Shown here: positions 23,355 through 35,340 of the stretch, piece by piece
Layout: each line of letters opens with the position of its first letter
Position numbering within the stretch: the stretch's first letter is position 1
NCBI RefSeq assembly: GCF_021028975.2
Contig: NC_059430.1
Span: forward strand, 102,734,001 to 102,798,000
Length of the DNA: 64,000 bases
DNA from: Sphaerodactylus townsendi
Taxonomy: Eukaryota
Reading direction: 5' to 3'
The notes under the pieces: generated by a model
What the model was told of the DNA's origin: nothing
Seen by the model: the letters and a program-made list of their open reading frames with translations, nothing else
The model's database searches: none
Made by a program: the position numbers and the translations under genes

Positions 23355-26300
23355 GGTATGACCAAAGTCACCCAACAAGCTTCTGGGATTCAAAACTGGG
23401 TCCTCCTGGCTCTTAGCCCAGCATTCTAATCACTACACAATACTGGCTGTTTAGTAAAAGTGGCTTTTTGTGCTGTCTGAAAAGAATCCCAATAAGAATA
23501 AAGAAAGAATGAGAGGGTCTTCATAAAAGATTGGAACTAATGATGCAGAATGCTATGCCTGCAGACTGGTCTTTGGAATGGAGACATTTCAAATCTTTAT
23601 GCGTGGAGGGATTCTATAAGTCAGAAGAGTCCAACTCTGGCCCTCCAGATGTTCATGGACTGTGCTTAATGCTGGCAGGGGCTGATGGGAATTGTAGTCC
23701 ATGAATATCAGGGCCAGAATTCAACACTCCTGCTCTAAGTGCTGCAAATTGTTGGTCTGAGAGTCCCAAAACATGTGAATCTTCTGCCAATTAAAGACAA
23801 CATTCTTACTGCTCTGCCCCCACATCCGTAGTAAGAGAAGTCCTTCCTGGAACACATAAATCACCAGCAACTGTCTATTTCTGGAGGGTAAATGATGCAC
23901 ATTTTTGCACCCCTTCCCCACGGTCTCTTAACTGTACATGTCAATGTGCGTAACCATCAGCAAGTAGTCTACCTGTACCAACAAACACAGGGAAAAGCTT
24001 GCAAATCCCAGATGGAAAACAAATCAAGTTACAATTAACGTAGCTTGCAGAACATTTGTGTCTGGGTACACACGGAAAGCCAGGAATTGGGGAGCCTGCA
24101 TCCCAGACCAACATTCCCATTCTCATTTAGATGACCTGAACACCCAAGGGAAACACATTTTTGCCAAAAGCTGGTAACCTCTTCAATGGTAAGCAGTAGC
24201 CCCTCACTCTACAGGACTCAGATGGACATAAATGGCATATGGCATAAGGCAGCTGCCTATCCAAAGGACCACCGTTGGTGTACAGTGCAGCTTCATGTAG
24301 TTACTCTAGTTTAAGCCAATGGAATTCGATGGGCTTAAACTGGAGTAATTCTGCACATAAATGAACCAGGAGTCAAGCATATGAATGTTCAGTCTTGACT
24401 GTATCATCTCCCCCACCTGTTTGATACTGGGGCATATCTTTGAGGACCACAAATCACCACTTAAATCTAAATGCATTTTCCAATCCAGAGCTGGCACCTC
24501 TACCATTGGTCCACAGCCCACTTTATTTTATGCCAGTTCTCTTAAACTTCCTCTGATCTGCTAGATACATGCCGTACCCAATCTTATTTCGGAAGAGACT
24601 ACAACTATCACCTCTGACCAGGAAAGAAGTGTTGCAGTAACAATGATACCATTCCTTTTTTTCATGCCAAATTTGCAAGTTGAATGAAAGATTATACGTC
24701 TGCTGATCACCCTTTGTCTTTGACAGCTGGAACAACTCCAGAAAAAGATTTAATTGCTTTTCAGAAGTCATAATTGGGCTTTTTGCCTTCATATATCAGA
24801 TTATCTCATATGCACTTGCTGATTGGCTATTTGCATCTGTCTTGCTTATCTCTAATTTAGTGTAACCAATCAGAAATCCAGAAATAACTATGTTTATGAG
24901 AAAACAGAGAAATACTATTTTAAAAAGAAATAAGCACATCACATACAAATGAGAAAGAGATTATATTTAATAACTTGGTTATCTTTAGTATGTTTGGGAA
25001 TTTGTCCTAATCTATAACCTGTGACTTCTCAGCCTACAGGTGCATGGACTTCACAATGATTAAAAAAGTGGGCATCCAGCTGAGTTTGAATAGCAAATGT
25101 TTGCTAAAACTGAAATGTTGGGGTTGTAGGGTATTTTCAAGGTACCCAGTACCCAGTTTGGCAGGATATGAATATGCAGCACATATTCTAGATCATTTAA
25201 TGCTAACAGTGGGATCTACAAACATGCAATATTAATTAAGGAGTGAAGTGCCACATGATAGGGCAGGTGCAACACAAATCAAGCCGGGATTTTAATTTGT
25301 GTTATTAATTTGGAAATGATTTCAAACTGACTTAGAGTCCTGAGTTCCATGCAAGAAGATTTAGATGTCATTTCAATGGCAAGGGAATCTGGCTAGAATT
25401 CTTCTTGTGTGCTACTTCAAAATGTTTGTACATCAACCATAGCGTCATGCCCTTTAATTAGTTCAGAAACCAAAACTTTTAGCAAACAAGATTTGGTAAC
25501 AACCTGCTGATGGTCCCCAGCCTGAAGTGCCCAGCTGTCCTTAACTAGATCCAAGGATTTCTTGGTTCTGACCAGGGCCCTGCAGGACTTATCTCACTTC
25601 CGCAGGGCCTGTAAGACAGAACTGTTTCTCCAAACCTACAGTTGAGGACAGCAACAGATATATTTCCATCTTAGTTGGCCTTCTTTTCTTCCCCATCCCT
25701 GTTATACTGAATTTATTTTAGCATGAAGGGTTGGGAACTTTTTGAGCCCTTTCATCCTTGGTTGGACCAAGTGACATCTTTATATGTTTTAGTGTATTAT
25801 TGTTTATTACAAGTTCATGTCTAATTTTGTTTTGTTTTTATACAGTTGTGAGCTGCTCTGAGCCCACTATAGTGGGGGCGGGGAGAGGGATTAAAAAAAC
25901 AAATAAATAAGTAAATGATATGTTTGGAAACTTGCATTTGCTGACTTCAAACAGCAATGGATCAAAGAGAAATCTGTGCCTTTGGAAGTTCTACCCAAAA
26001 CTCACCTCTTCCTTGTCCTTTTAACTGATTTGGAAATAAAATCAAAGAAAACTTTTGTAGCATCTGGAAGACTCTGATTTGTTAGAGCCACTCTGTGGAC
26101 TGCAGGAACTGGAATTGCAGTCAGCTGTTCATAGAACACATGCAAGAACACTTCTGCCACAATAAAAAAGGCAAGTCTTTCATGAAGCCTGTCTACCCCA
26201 TTCCTACACATGCAGCAATTCAGGGGCATATTGATGAGGGGAGAATCACCTGTGTCACTGAAGAGCAAGGATTTTAATTTTCAAAGAAGTTCTAGATTAG

Positions 26301-26931
26301 TGTTCCAATAAATAAAGGGCATTACTAATCTCTTGCACTTTCTTATAAGCAGAAAGCTAGTTCCTCATTGATAACCCCTTTTTCTCTATGGCTTTTAAAA
26401 ATTTGGCAGATTTTTTATGTGGGAGAGCATGAGCCATGCGGTTTCTGAAGCCAGCAGTCCGAAGGGCTCCAGTTCATCTCAGGATTCGACCACTTCACTT
26501 TACTACCTGTGACAGCTGTGGCTTCTAAACTAAGCAGTTCCCCCAGGGTTCAGAGCGTGCGTTTGGCGACTAACACACGATCTGCAAAGAGGAGGCAGCA
26601 AAGCGGGTGAACGAACTGCGTCACTGCAGACTCCAGTTCTGAACGCTCCTTTGCACACACGCGCCTTGCAAGTAGAAAACTAGTCATGGGGCCTCACGAC
26701 GACCACCCCTTTGTGTCCTGTGCTGGTTTTCTGCTTGCAATGCCGACACTATCTAACAGAGAAATCCCGTTCCGGAGTAGGCGAGCAATCTATCCCACGC
26801 CCTTATTCTCCGACACGTTTCAGCCAAACCAAGCGGGGGAGGGGGGTTTGCACTGACAGGAACACTTCTCCCCCCCCCTTCCAGGGTGCTTTCAAAGGGG
26901 GCGGGGCGTTTCCTGAGGCCGTCCGGCTGAC

Positions 26932-27043
26932 CTTTGCGCGCCTTCTCTCCCGGAATGCTCTGCGCGCGCAGCCGTTGGTCCAGAATGTAGAGCATCTCCC
27001 CGCCTAGGTTAAGGAACAGAAGTGGCAGCGTCCGCGTCGACAT
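26932..27043 (-). CDS. OSCP1: OSCP1 exon 1 coding part (112 nt); spliced CDS is 1140 nt = 379 aa (389 aa with microexon)
   Basis: MSTRTLPLLFLNLGGEMLYILDQRLRAQSIPGEKARK. Kozak GCCATG, donor AAG|GTCAGC. Confidence 0.97.
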
Positions 27044-27350
27044 GGCGCCCGACTGCGGCCCAGGCCCCGGCCTGGCTGGAAATGTCACCCCACCGAGCGA
27101 GTTTCGGGAGCCACTTTGACGACGCCAACCCTGTTGCTCGGAGACGGGGAACGAGCCAATCGCAGGGCGTCTTCGTGACAGGTGGGACTTGACGTTCTCC
27201 GAGGCTTCGCCCGCTCCACCCACTCCCGGCAAAGAGAGCAGCATCGAGGTGGGAAGGACTGTTTTGTGCGTTCTGTGCGCATGCGCGGTGTGGGAAATTT
27301 GGCTCTCGCTTGAAGGGGGCGGAGTCAAAGATTCGCCCTTCGCCTCTGGC
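27044..27350 (-). promoter_or_regulatory. OSCP1 CpG promoter with RFX X-box, CCAAT, NRF1 and GC box
   Basis: GTTGCTCGGAGAC at 27133-27145, CCAAT ~27156, TGCGCATGCGC at 27276-27286, GGGGCGGAG ~27316. Confidence 0.75.
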
Positions 27351-27526
27351 TTTTCTGAAGTTACCAAGTGCCAAGTGGGACCTGAATATATCCAGCCTTG
27401 GGGAAATGGCAACTTGTCCCACGGGAGGCCCTGCTTTCAAACCTCCATGAATTTCCCAGGCCAGGGTTGGTAGCCCTCCTAAAATGTAGAAAAGTGGGCA
27501 CCGAAAGGGTTGCCAGGTATGTGTTG

Positions 27527-27673
27527 GAAATCGTACTATTTACACTATGCCCAATGGCGTAAGACAGAAACATATGCACAGAGAAGGAAAGTGCAAAGCA
27601 CACTTAGCGCTTTCCTTTTCTGTGTGTGTGTTTCTGTTTTAAGCCATTGGGCATAGTGTAAATGATAGGTTTC
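27527..27673. repeat. Long imperfect hairpin (probable old MITE)
   Basis: ATTTACACTATGCCCAATGGC...GCCATTGGGCATAGTGTAAAT, with pairing continuing almost to the centre. Confidence 0.8.
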
Positions 27674-27848
27674 TAATTCTTTATACAATAATCACATTGC
27701 CCAAGATATATTATGGATTGGAAATCACCTGGAGATTTTGGGAATTGAACCTGGGGAGGGACTTAAGTAGTGAATAATGCCACATGCTCCATTCCCCAGT
27801 GAGGGTGTTTTCTTGAGGGAGGACTAGTCTTGGTTGTCAGGAGATGAG

Positions 27849-29241
27849 CAGGGACGTAGGTATAGATTTTTTATGGGGTGGGGGTTCGGGGTGGGGCCAC
27901 ACCCCCACCCGCCCCAAGCCCCGCCCCTGACCTAGCGTTTATAAAAGCAGCTCTCCAAGGTCGGGGATGGCAGACTCCCCTGCCCTGCCCTGCCCCTCCC
28001 CTCTGGGCTGAGGCATAGAGGGAAAATGGAGCCTGGTGCAAAATCTGAGTTTTGCCCCCCCCCCCCCCCCCCCCCCCCGGGCAGCCACTGTGATGCAGGA
28101 ATCCACCCCCAAACAGCATCACTTTCAATGGTGTTTAAACTAGATCCACCTTAAAGGGAGAATCTGGGGTCCCTAGTTAAACAACATTGAAAGTGATGCT
28201 GTTTGGGGGTGGATTATCCCCCACCCTGAAACAGCATCACTTTCAATGTGGCGTAGTGGTTAAGAGCTCGTGTATCTAATCTGGAGGAACCAGGTTTGAT
28301 TCCCTGCTCTGCCACTTGAGCTGTGGAGGCTTATCTGGGGAATTCAGATTAGCCTGTGCACTCCCACACACGCCAGCTGGGTGACCTTGGACTAGTCACA
28401 GCTTTTCGGAGCTCTCTCAGCCCCCCAACTCCACTTCACAGGGAAAAAGCTTGGTTGTGAGGGAGCAAGGTCAAGGAGATTGTAAGCCCCTTTGAGTCTC
28501 CTACAGGAGAGAAAGGGGGGATATAAATCCAATCTTCTTCTTCTAAACTGAGGACCTCAGATTCTCCCTTTAAATCCATGCCTAAGGGGGGTGGATTTAA
28601 AAGGAGAATCTGGGGAAATTTGGGTGTGCCTGGATGTCAGGGGTGCACCATGGTTAAGCTAGAAGCACCAAACTTCAGGGTATCTTTAGGAGACTCGCCT
28701 AATGATACCCCCCAGGTTTCGTGGAAGTTTGTCCTAGGGGGTCCAAAGTTATGGGAGCTCCTCAAAGCGTGTAGCCCCATTTCTCCTAAGCCTCCCATTG
28801 GAAACAATGGGAGATGGGGAGCACCCCCTTTGGGAGTCCCATAGCTTTGGACTCCTGGACCAAACTTCACAAAACCTGGTGTGGTATCATAAGAGACTCT
28901 CCCTGATAGTATCCCAGGTTTAGGAAAGCAGCGGGTTCAGGGGGTCCAAAGTTATGGACCCTCAAAGGTGTAGTCCCCATCTTCTATTAGTTCCCATTGG
29001 AAACAATGGAGGATGGGGCACCCCCTTTGGGAGTCCATAACTTTGGACCCCCTGAACCAAACCTCACCAAACCCGGGTAGTATCATCAGGAGAGTCCCCC
29101 AAACAATCCCGGAAAGTTTGGTTCTGCTAGCCCAAACACTGCACCCCCTGCAGGCCAAAAACTGAAAAAGCACTAAAACGTTTTAAAAACCCTCAAACGG
29201 GTGGGCGGAGCTTCGGACATGAAAACTTACCTATGTGCATG
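27849..29241. mobile_element. 1.4-kb hAT-type non-autonomous element with nested SINE and internal repeats
   Basis: Perfect 8-bp TSD GAGATGAG. Imperfect TIRs CAGGGACGTAGGTA / TACCTATGTGCATG. It splits a TAGGGTTGCCA-family MITE, and a SINE sits inside at 28249-28543. Confidence 0.8.
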
Positions 29242-30294
29242 GAGATGAGTTATTGGATTGCATCTCCAAGTGCTACTAAAATGGTGACAACCCTAAGGAT
29301 TGGCCATCTCAGCTGGGAATGTGGTTACTGGCTCATTGCATCGCCCAAACAACACATGCCTCACTTCAGAGACATCAATGAAAATGGTTTGAAGTAGTCC
29401 CAGGGTTGCATTTCAGGCCAAAATGTCATTGTAACCTGCAGAGGAATGCAAAATTGTGCTATTTTGTATGCATAACATTGAAGTGCAAGGACATACCCCA
29501 AACCTTGTTTTACTAGAGGTAATGGACAGTTTTCTCAAAATAATTCTTTTCACAACAGAAACTACTTTAAGATCACAAAAATGATGAAATCTCTGATTGC
29601 AATGTTAAGCATGGTAGTTTTCCTAAGCAATTAAGCGCAGAGATCTTCACAACTGTGGTGCCTAAAGGTCATCAGAACCCCACAAATAATTTATGTCCTT
29701 GAGAATTGAAATGTCTGTGCTGCTGTATCTTCAGTTTATTTATTTAGAGCAATTTCCACCAGTTTACAGTGCTATCGATACAATTTTAAGCAAAAGGATT
29801 ATTTTTAACAGAATAAAATCAGTCCAAGCTTCTCTTCTCCATCTTTGCAGCAGTACAATTTCTGGCAGTTCTGCTTTTAAGAACTCCGGGAGCGGGTATG
29901 GACTTCACGGGCCATGCGGCATAGTTCACACCAGCCACAACAGCACATGGACAGTGCATCCTGACAAACGGTACCCTGTGTTATTCAGATCAAGAGAGAT
30001 TGTGAGCTTGTGTTCAGGCTTCCATTTCTTTAACAAAAAAACACTTTAAAAAGATTCATGTCAGTGGTGCAGTTGGATCATTTTAGATTCTGGACCTAGG
30101 TTCCTCTGAGGATCCACTTTTTATGGTAATGTATGCTTCCAATGCAAAACTACAGCCTAATTTGGGCCCCTTGCTTCTGAAAACCATGAGGCAGAAACCT
30201 CCATGGATCACTACTTTATATTCTTCTCTTCCACAGCTCAGAGTAGTTTAAAGTATAAAATTTGCTACACCCCCACGTTCATGCCTCGTTCAGG

Positions 30295-30580
30295 AATTGA
30301 TGCACTCTTTAATTTGTTCATAAGTGATTTGGAACTCGGGTTGAGTTTTGCAGAGGCCAGGTTTGTCTGTGACACCAAATTATTCAGGATGTTGAAAAAT
30401 CAGGATTGATCATGAAGAGCTCCAGGAAGAACACTTTATCCACACGCTTGTTAACCTCCTGAAAGAACTCCAAAAGGTTGCTGAGGAAGCCTTCCCTTAG
30501 CAGAAACTGGGCTGATTTTCCCTCAGCAGACTTAGTTCTTTGATGGGATTAATAATTCTCTGTTTGATAAAAATTTCTAC
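30295..30580. mobile_element. Two old CR1 RT fragments joined in opposite orientations
   Basis: + strand LFNLFISDLE...DTKLFRM to ~30431, then minus-strand HGF/LLEFF-region sequence. Confidence 0.6.
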
Positions 30581-33500
30581 ACATACAAGGCTTGTCTAAA
30601 TTAATATTAGGGGAATGGTAAGCCAGCCTTTCCAAGCTGGCTCCATAATACAAGAGAAGTCAGAAAACAACAGATGATAATTCTTGCTAGGCACTGTGGA
30701 ACCATTTATCCCAAGGGGAAAAAATAGATAGCATTCCATGCCTGTTTTCCACCACACAGAAACATGGCTGTAATGGGGGAGCTATAGCAGGGGTCCCCAG
30801 CACCGTCCCTTTGAGTATTTTTGGGAAGTGGTTGGAGCCAGGTAGGGCTTTTGCTCTGCAAGGCTTCTGATTGGCTGTTGCTTTGGCAGCAGCTGCCACC
30901 ACAGCACAAGCATCGGCACTGTGTCACTGAAGTGTCACTGAAGTTTTGTCGTCGTGCCACCACGCTATGTCAGAATTTCAGATGTGCACAAAATGTTGGG
31001 CCCGCCTAACCTGTTAATATATCTTACAACTTCCTCTGCGACATGGCAAAAGAAATGCCACATGTTGTTGGGTTTTTTTGACTGAAAAGGACAACTTGTT
31101 CAGAGAGGGGGATATTCTGTAACCCACAGGAAATTATCTGTGATATTGCAATATCAACGGAAATGGTTCCATTTTGCAATAGGGGCAGGCCCATTTTAGG
31201 ACAGTCTTGAGGAAATTTGTCCCTATTAGAAAGTACACGGAATACATTTATAGCAATAAGCAGTGAATTCTTAAAGCACACTGCAACTTTTCCATTATTG
31301 AACAAGGGAGAAGGGCATCTCTAGGCCACTCAAAAGGTTATACTGGAAATCCTGTGATCTCTAGGGACAAAACCCATTTGGTGGGGGCTGTAGTAAGGCA
31401 AGAAATTGGGTACCGAGCAGAAAAACTAGCTGGATCTAACCTCCTGTTTCTTTCACGGTGAGTAATTCTTTCATTTAGACAGTAAAGGTCGTAGCAAACC
31501 AAGCTTTGATTACCCCCGATTTCCCCTATATGATTTCCCCTTAAATATCTATCTGAATAAGTGAGCTGCAACTTACAAAAAAATATTGAAATAAATGTTA
31601 TTAGTCTTTAAGGTTCTTCTGGACTTTTAATTTTACCTGGACCACCCTTTTGCAATCACACTGCAGACTACAATTCTGCAGAAACCTGAAAACTGTCATT
31701 AGTCATGTTACCGGAATGCCGTAAGAGAGCCGCATGTGAGTCCGTAATGCTGTCATTCCACCAGGCACCATCCCGAGCCAACAATTCTCGCCATATTTGT
31801 GTGATACATAACAGGATAGGATTGTCGGGCATATTAATCCCACACAGCCTGCCAAAAGAAGCACACACATCTTTGTGTGGAGTAACTCATAGTTAAACCT
31901 TTCAAAAACAAAAGAAGCTTACACTGTGGTTCGTATCTTCTCTTTGATAGCTCTTTCCTTGGTCAAAGTAGCAAAGTGGGAATTATGTGCAGATATCCAC
32001 GTTTGTTCACTACCATATCTACATCATTTCATTTCTTAGAGAAAATACATGTGGAGTTTCTTTTGTCTTAAAAATAACGTTATTGAGAGGCAAGCAAGAC
32101 AGAGGAAAAACAAGCTGAATGCATCAATTTTAAATATACCTTTACTGATGCTAGATCTAGGAAGAGAACTCCCCCTCACCCTGCAGAGAAAGGTCACCCT
32201 GAAATCAAAGAATCTGGCAATTAGTTCAGTGTACCCCAGAGATTTCGGTCTTGTATTTCTCCAGCAGCCACCCTCTTTCTCTTGCTGCTGCCAAGCCATT
32301 CTTGAAACTAAGAGGATGTTCATCGGTAGGCTTGCCACCCTCCAGGCTGGAGATCTCCCACCATTACGACTGATCTCCAGGCGACAGAGATCAGTTCCCC
32401 TGAAGGTTATGGCTACTTTCAAAGGTGACCTCTATGGCATTACCTGCTGTTGAAATCTCATCTCTCCCCAAATCCTGTCCTTGGGCTCCACCCCCAAAAT
32501 CTCCAGGTGGCAAACCTATTCATAAACTGCAGGTACAGCCTGGGAACTCTGTTCTTTAAAGAACATATGGATGAAGCATCCAGTGTCGACAGCCACACCA
32601 TAGAGGTACCTTAAAAGGGTCTTTGGATCCCAGCTCCTATAAACAAATCCCCCATGCCAAGGCTGGCAGTTGCTTAAGAGTCACTTTAAATCTGACACCA
32701 TTCTGTCCCCAAATAACTTCAGTTTTTCCCTCTTTCCCAGATATTCCTGCAGCTGCAGTCCCAGACAAAAGTCCCACTGAACCCAAATCAGATTTCAAGA
32801 AGCCCACATGCTATCAGCATGGCTGCCACAGCTTTGTTACCTCAAGCTCATTCACCTGAAACGGGGCAACATGGGAGAAATAAGCCCCAAGAAAATGTAC
32901 ATGTGGGACAAGTTTGCAAGCTCCCCCCCTCCCCCCCCCCGGCCACATTAAGTTGCCCACAGCAGCACTAGTGCAGAGAATAAAAACCACAGAGTGCACT
33001 TACACATGGGGCAATCTGCAAAAAAGTCGTATCTGGCTGTGCTCCAGCTGCCTTCAGAAGACATAGTCACAGGGTCGATGGTGGCAGCTGGCTGACAAGT
33101 CACCAGATCAGTCATGGTTTGTTGCCAAGGGCCCTAGAGCTGCCCAGAGATGCAGTTGCCTTGCAAACTGTGTGCGAAACACTCTTTACCAAGGCTAAAT
33201 CTGCTGACACTTCCTGTGCTGCATTTGGAAATTGAGGAAGGGGAGGGAGACATATTCACACAAGACATAGTTATGCAGGGGTGAGCGAAATGTACCTGCC
33301 TATGGGAGCTCTTTCACTGCTTATCAGATTTAACCTATGCAAAAATCTTGATGATTTCTCTGTGAAATATTCCTTGCAAGCACTTCTGGTAGTTCAGAAG
33401 GATGCCAAGTACAAAGTTACAGCTGGCACTGGTGCTGAGATCTGAAATGAGAGATGTTGAGTGTCAGAATGTCTGGTATCCCTTTCAGGTAACTATGTGT

Positions 33501-34419
33501 GTGTGTGTGATGTGCCATCACAAGTGATTTATGGTAACTCCAAAGGGTTTTCAAGGCAAGAGATGAACAGGTGTTTAGCCATTGCCTGCCTCTGCAACCC
33601 TGGATTTCCTTGGAGATCTCCCTCTCATCTAAGCACTAGGCTAATCATGTTTAGCTTCTGAGACGGGACTAGCTACAGCTGTCTAGGTCAGGACATACTG
33701 ATAGTTAAAATGAATATCGGGATGTACTGATATTTAAAATCATGGCCATCTGTCAGTGCTTTGATGTGTATTCCTGCATGGCAGGGGATTGGACTTGATA
33801 GCCCTTGTGGTCTCCTCCATGATTCTATGAATCTATGAAAAGAGGAAAATATATTTGAAATAAACCTGGTCTCTGTCACTAGCACCACAATATGATCATG
33901 TTACAGATATAAGACAGACAAAGCTACCTTGGATGGATCTTCCCTATTCCTTGCTGCTCAGACTTCATTTACTCCATCACACCTTCAAACATTTCTGTAT
34001 AGGTTACTCAAGAGAGTGTGCATAAATGCTTTACAGGAATATATTTCCTGGTCCCATGTCCTCCCTTTCCACCCTGCTGGAAAGGCTAATTTTCAGTATA
34101 ATCAAGCTATAGAATCCCAAAGTCTCTGATCTGTATCCTGGCAAAAACAAGGCATTCTGGAGAGGAAGGTGTGGAAGCAGGCCCTGATGTTGCAAGACAT
34201 ATGGATGAAGAATTTAGGAAGGGAGGCCTCTATCACTTTGCTCCCCCCCCTTGCCTCATCCCTCTCCATGAGAGAATGTGACAGTTCAAACCAGTCAACC
34301 GATGCTCTACTAAACTAACCCAGCGAAGCTTCCAAATGGATCACAGAACTGAAAGAGGGCTGTGTGTGCCCCCCCCCCCCCGCTACACCACAGTAGAGAG
34401 AACGCTTGCAGTAAAACCA

Positions 34420-34425
34420 TTTATT
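34420..34425 (-). terminator. MRPS15 polyadenylation signal AATAAA
   Basis: 42 nt downstream of the stop codon. Confidence 0.75.
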
Positions 34426-34467
34426 GGTAATCATTGTCAGGATCCCACAGAAAAGTATAAGCTCTGC

Positions 34468-34584
34468 TTATACTGGAGTTCCTTCATTCTGTTCTTTCAG
34501 TGCTCGTTCCTTTGCAGCTCTGGCCCGCTCTTGCCTCTGCTTCAGTCTCTTAGGGGCTTTCATCTTCTGTACCTCTTGAAAGAC
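34468..34584 (-). CDS. MRPS15: MRPS15 exon 8 (117 nt incl. TAA)
   Basis: VFQEVQKMKAPKRLKQRQERARAAKERALKEQNEGTPV*. Confidence 0.92.
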   Translation of the reverse strand, partial: VFQEVQKMKAPKRLKQRQERARAAKERALKEQNEGTPV

Positions 34585-35340
34585 CTGAAGGGGTTAATGA
34601 AAAAGGGAGAGAAATGGAGATGACCTGCTGTAAACCTGGGTATAGCACAAAACATAAGGTCATGTTTCCATTGCAATCAACCTGTTCCTAGTGAGCCCTC
34701 TTGTCAATACATTAATTGAAAGGGCAGGCACAAATCTTTTAAAAAGGATTTTTTTTTCACTATCAACCCGCTGCAACTGTGCCTTACCCTTAGTGGCTCA
34801 TGGCTTCTCAGCCATGACAGCCATCTTGGATTTCCATAGACATCTGACAAGATTAGTTTCCCTGCTGATGCCTTCAAGTGCTGATTGGGGAAGCTGTTAA
34901 CACCCTCAGTCCAGAAGCCATGCTGCATTTATGATACTGTTCACCAACAACAAACATGCCAAATAAAATTTTGCCAAGTAATGGGTTGACCACAGCTAGC
35001 CATATAAAAATACTTTGATAGTCCGTCTAGCACCCACATTCATTAGTGCTCCTTTGTTCTGCAAAGAGAAATGCATTTGCTATTTGGACTCTTGAGCCCG
35101 TTCTTAATTAATTGTCAAATTCAGGATTTCACAAACTGACAGGTAGGACAGTTTCTTCATCACCTCAGAGTAGGGCTAGCTGATTTTCCACAGGTTGCTG
35201 GGCAAATCTAGCTTCTTGCCTATATTATTTTCTTCTCAATTTGTTTCCTAAATCCAACTTGCTATGCTCAGCATGACTATTCTGCTGTTCCAGCCAACAT
35301 TCTCTATTAAGTGCCAGCTGAGCTTCCCAATACCCCAGAG

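Noticed and set aside
26753-27412. 219-aa ORF as an N-terminally extended OSCP1
   Set aside because: It starts at a non-ATG codon upstream of the promoter motifs and runs into the intron. Homology begins at the ATG at 27043.
28249-28320. tRNA genes
   Set aside because: The A/B-box heads continue into SINE bodies and tails.
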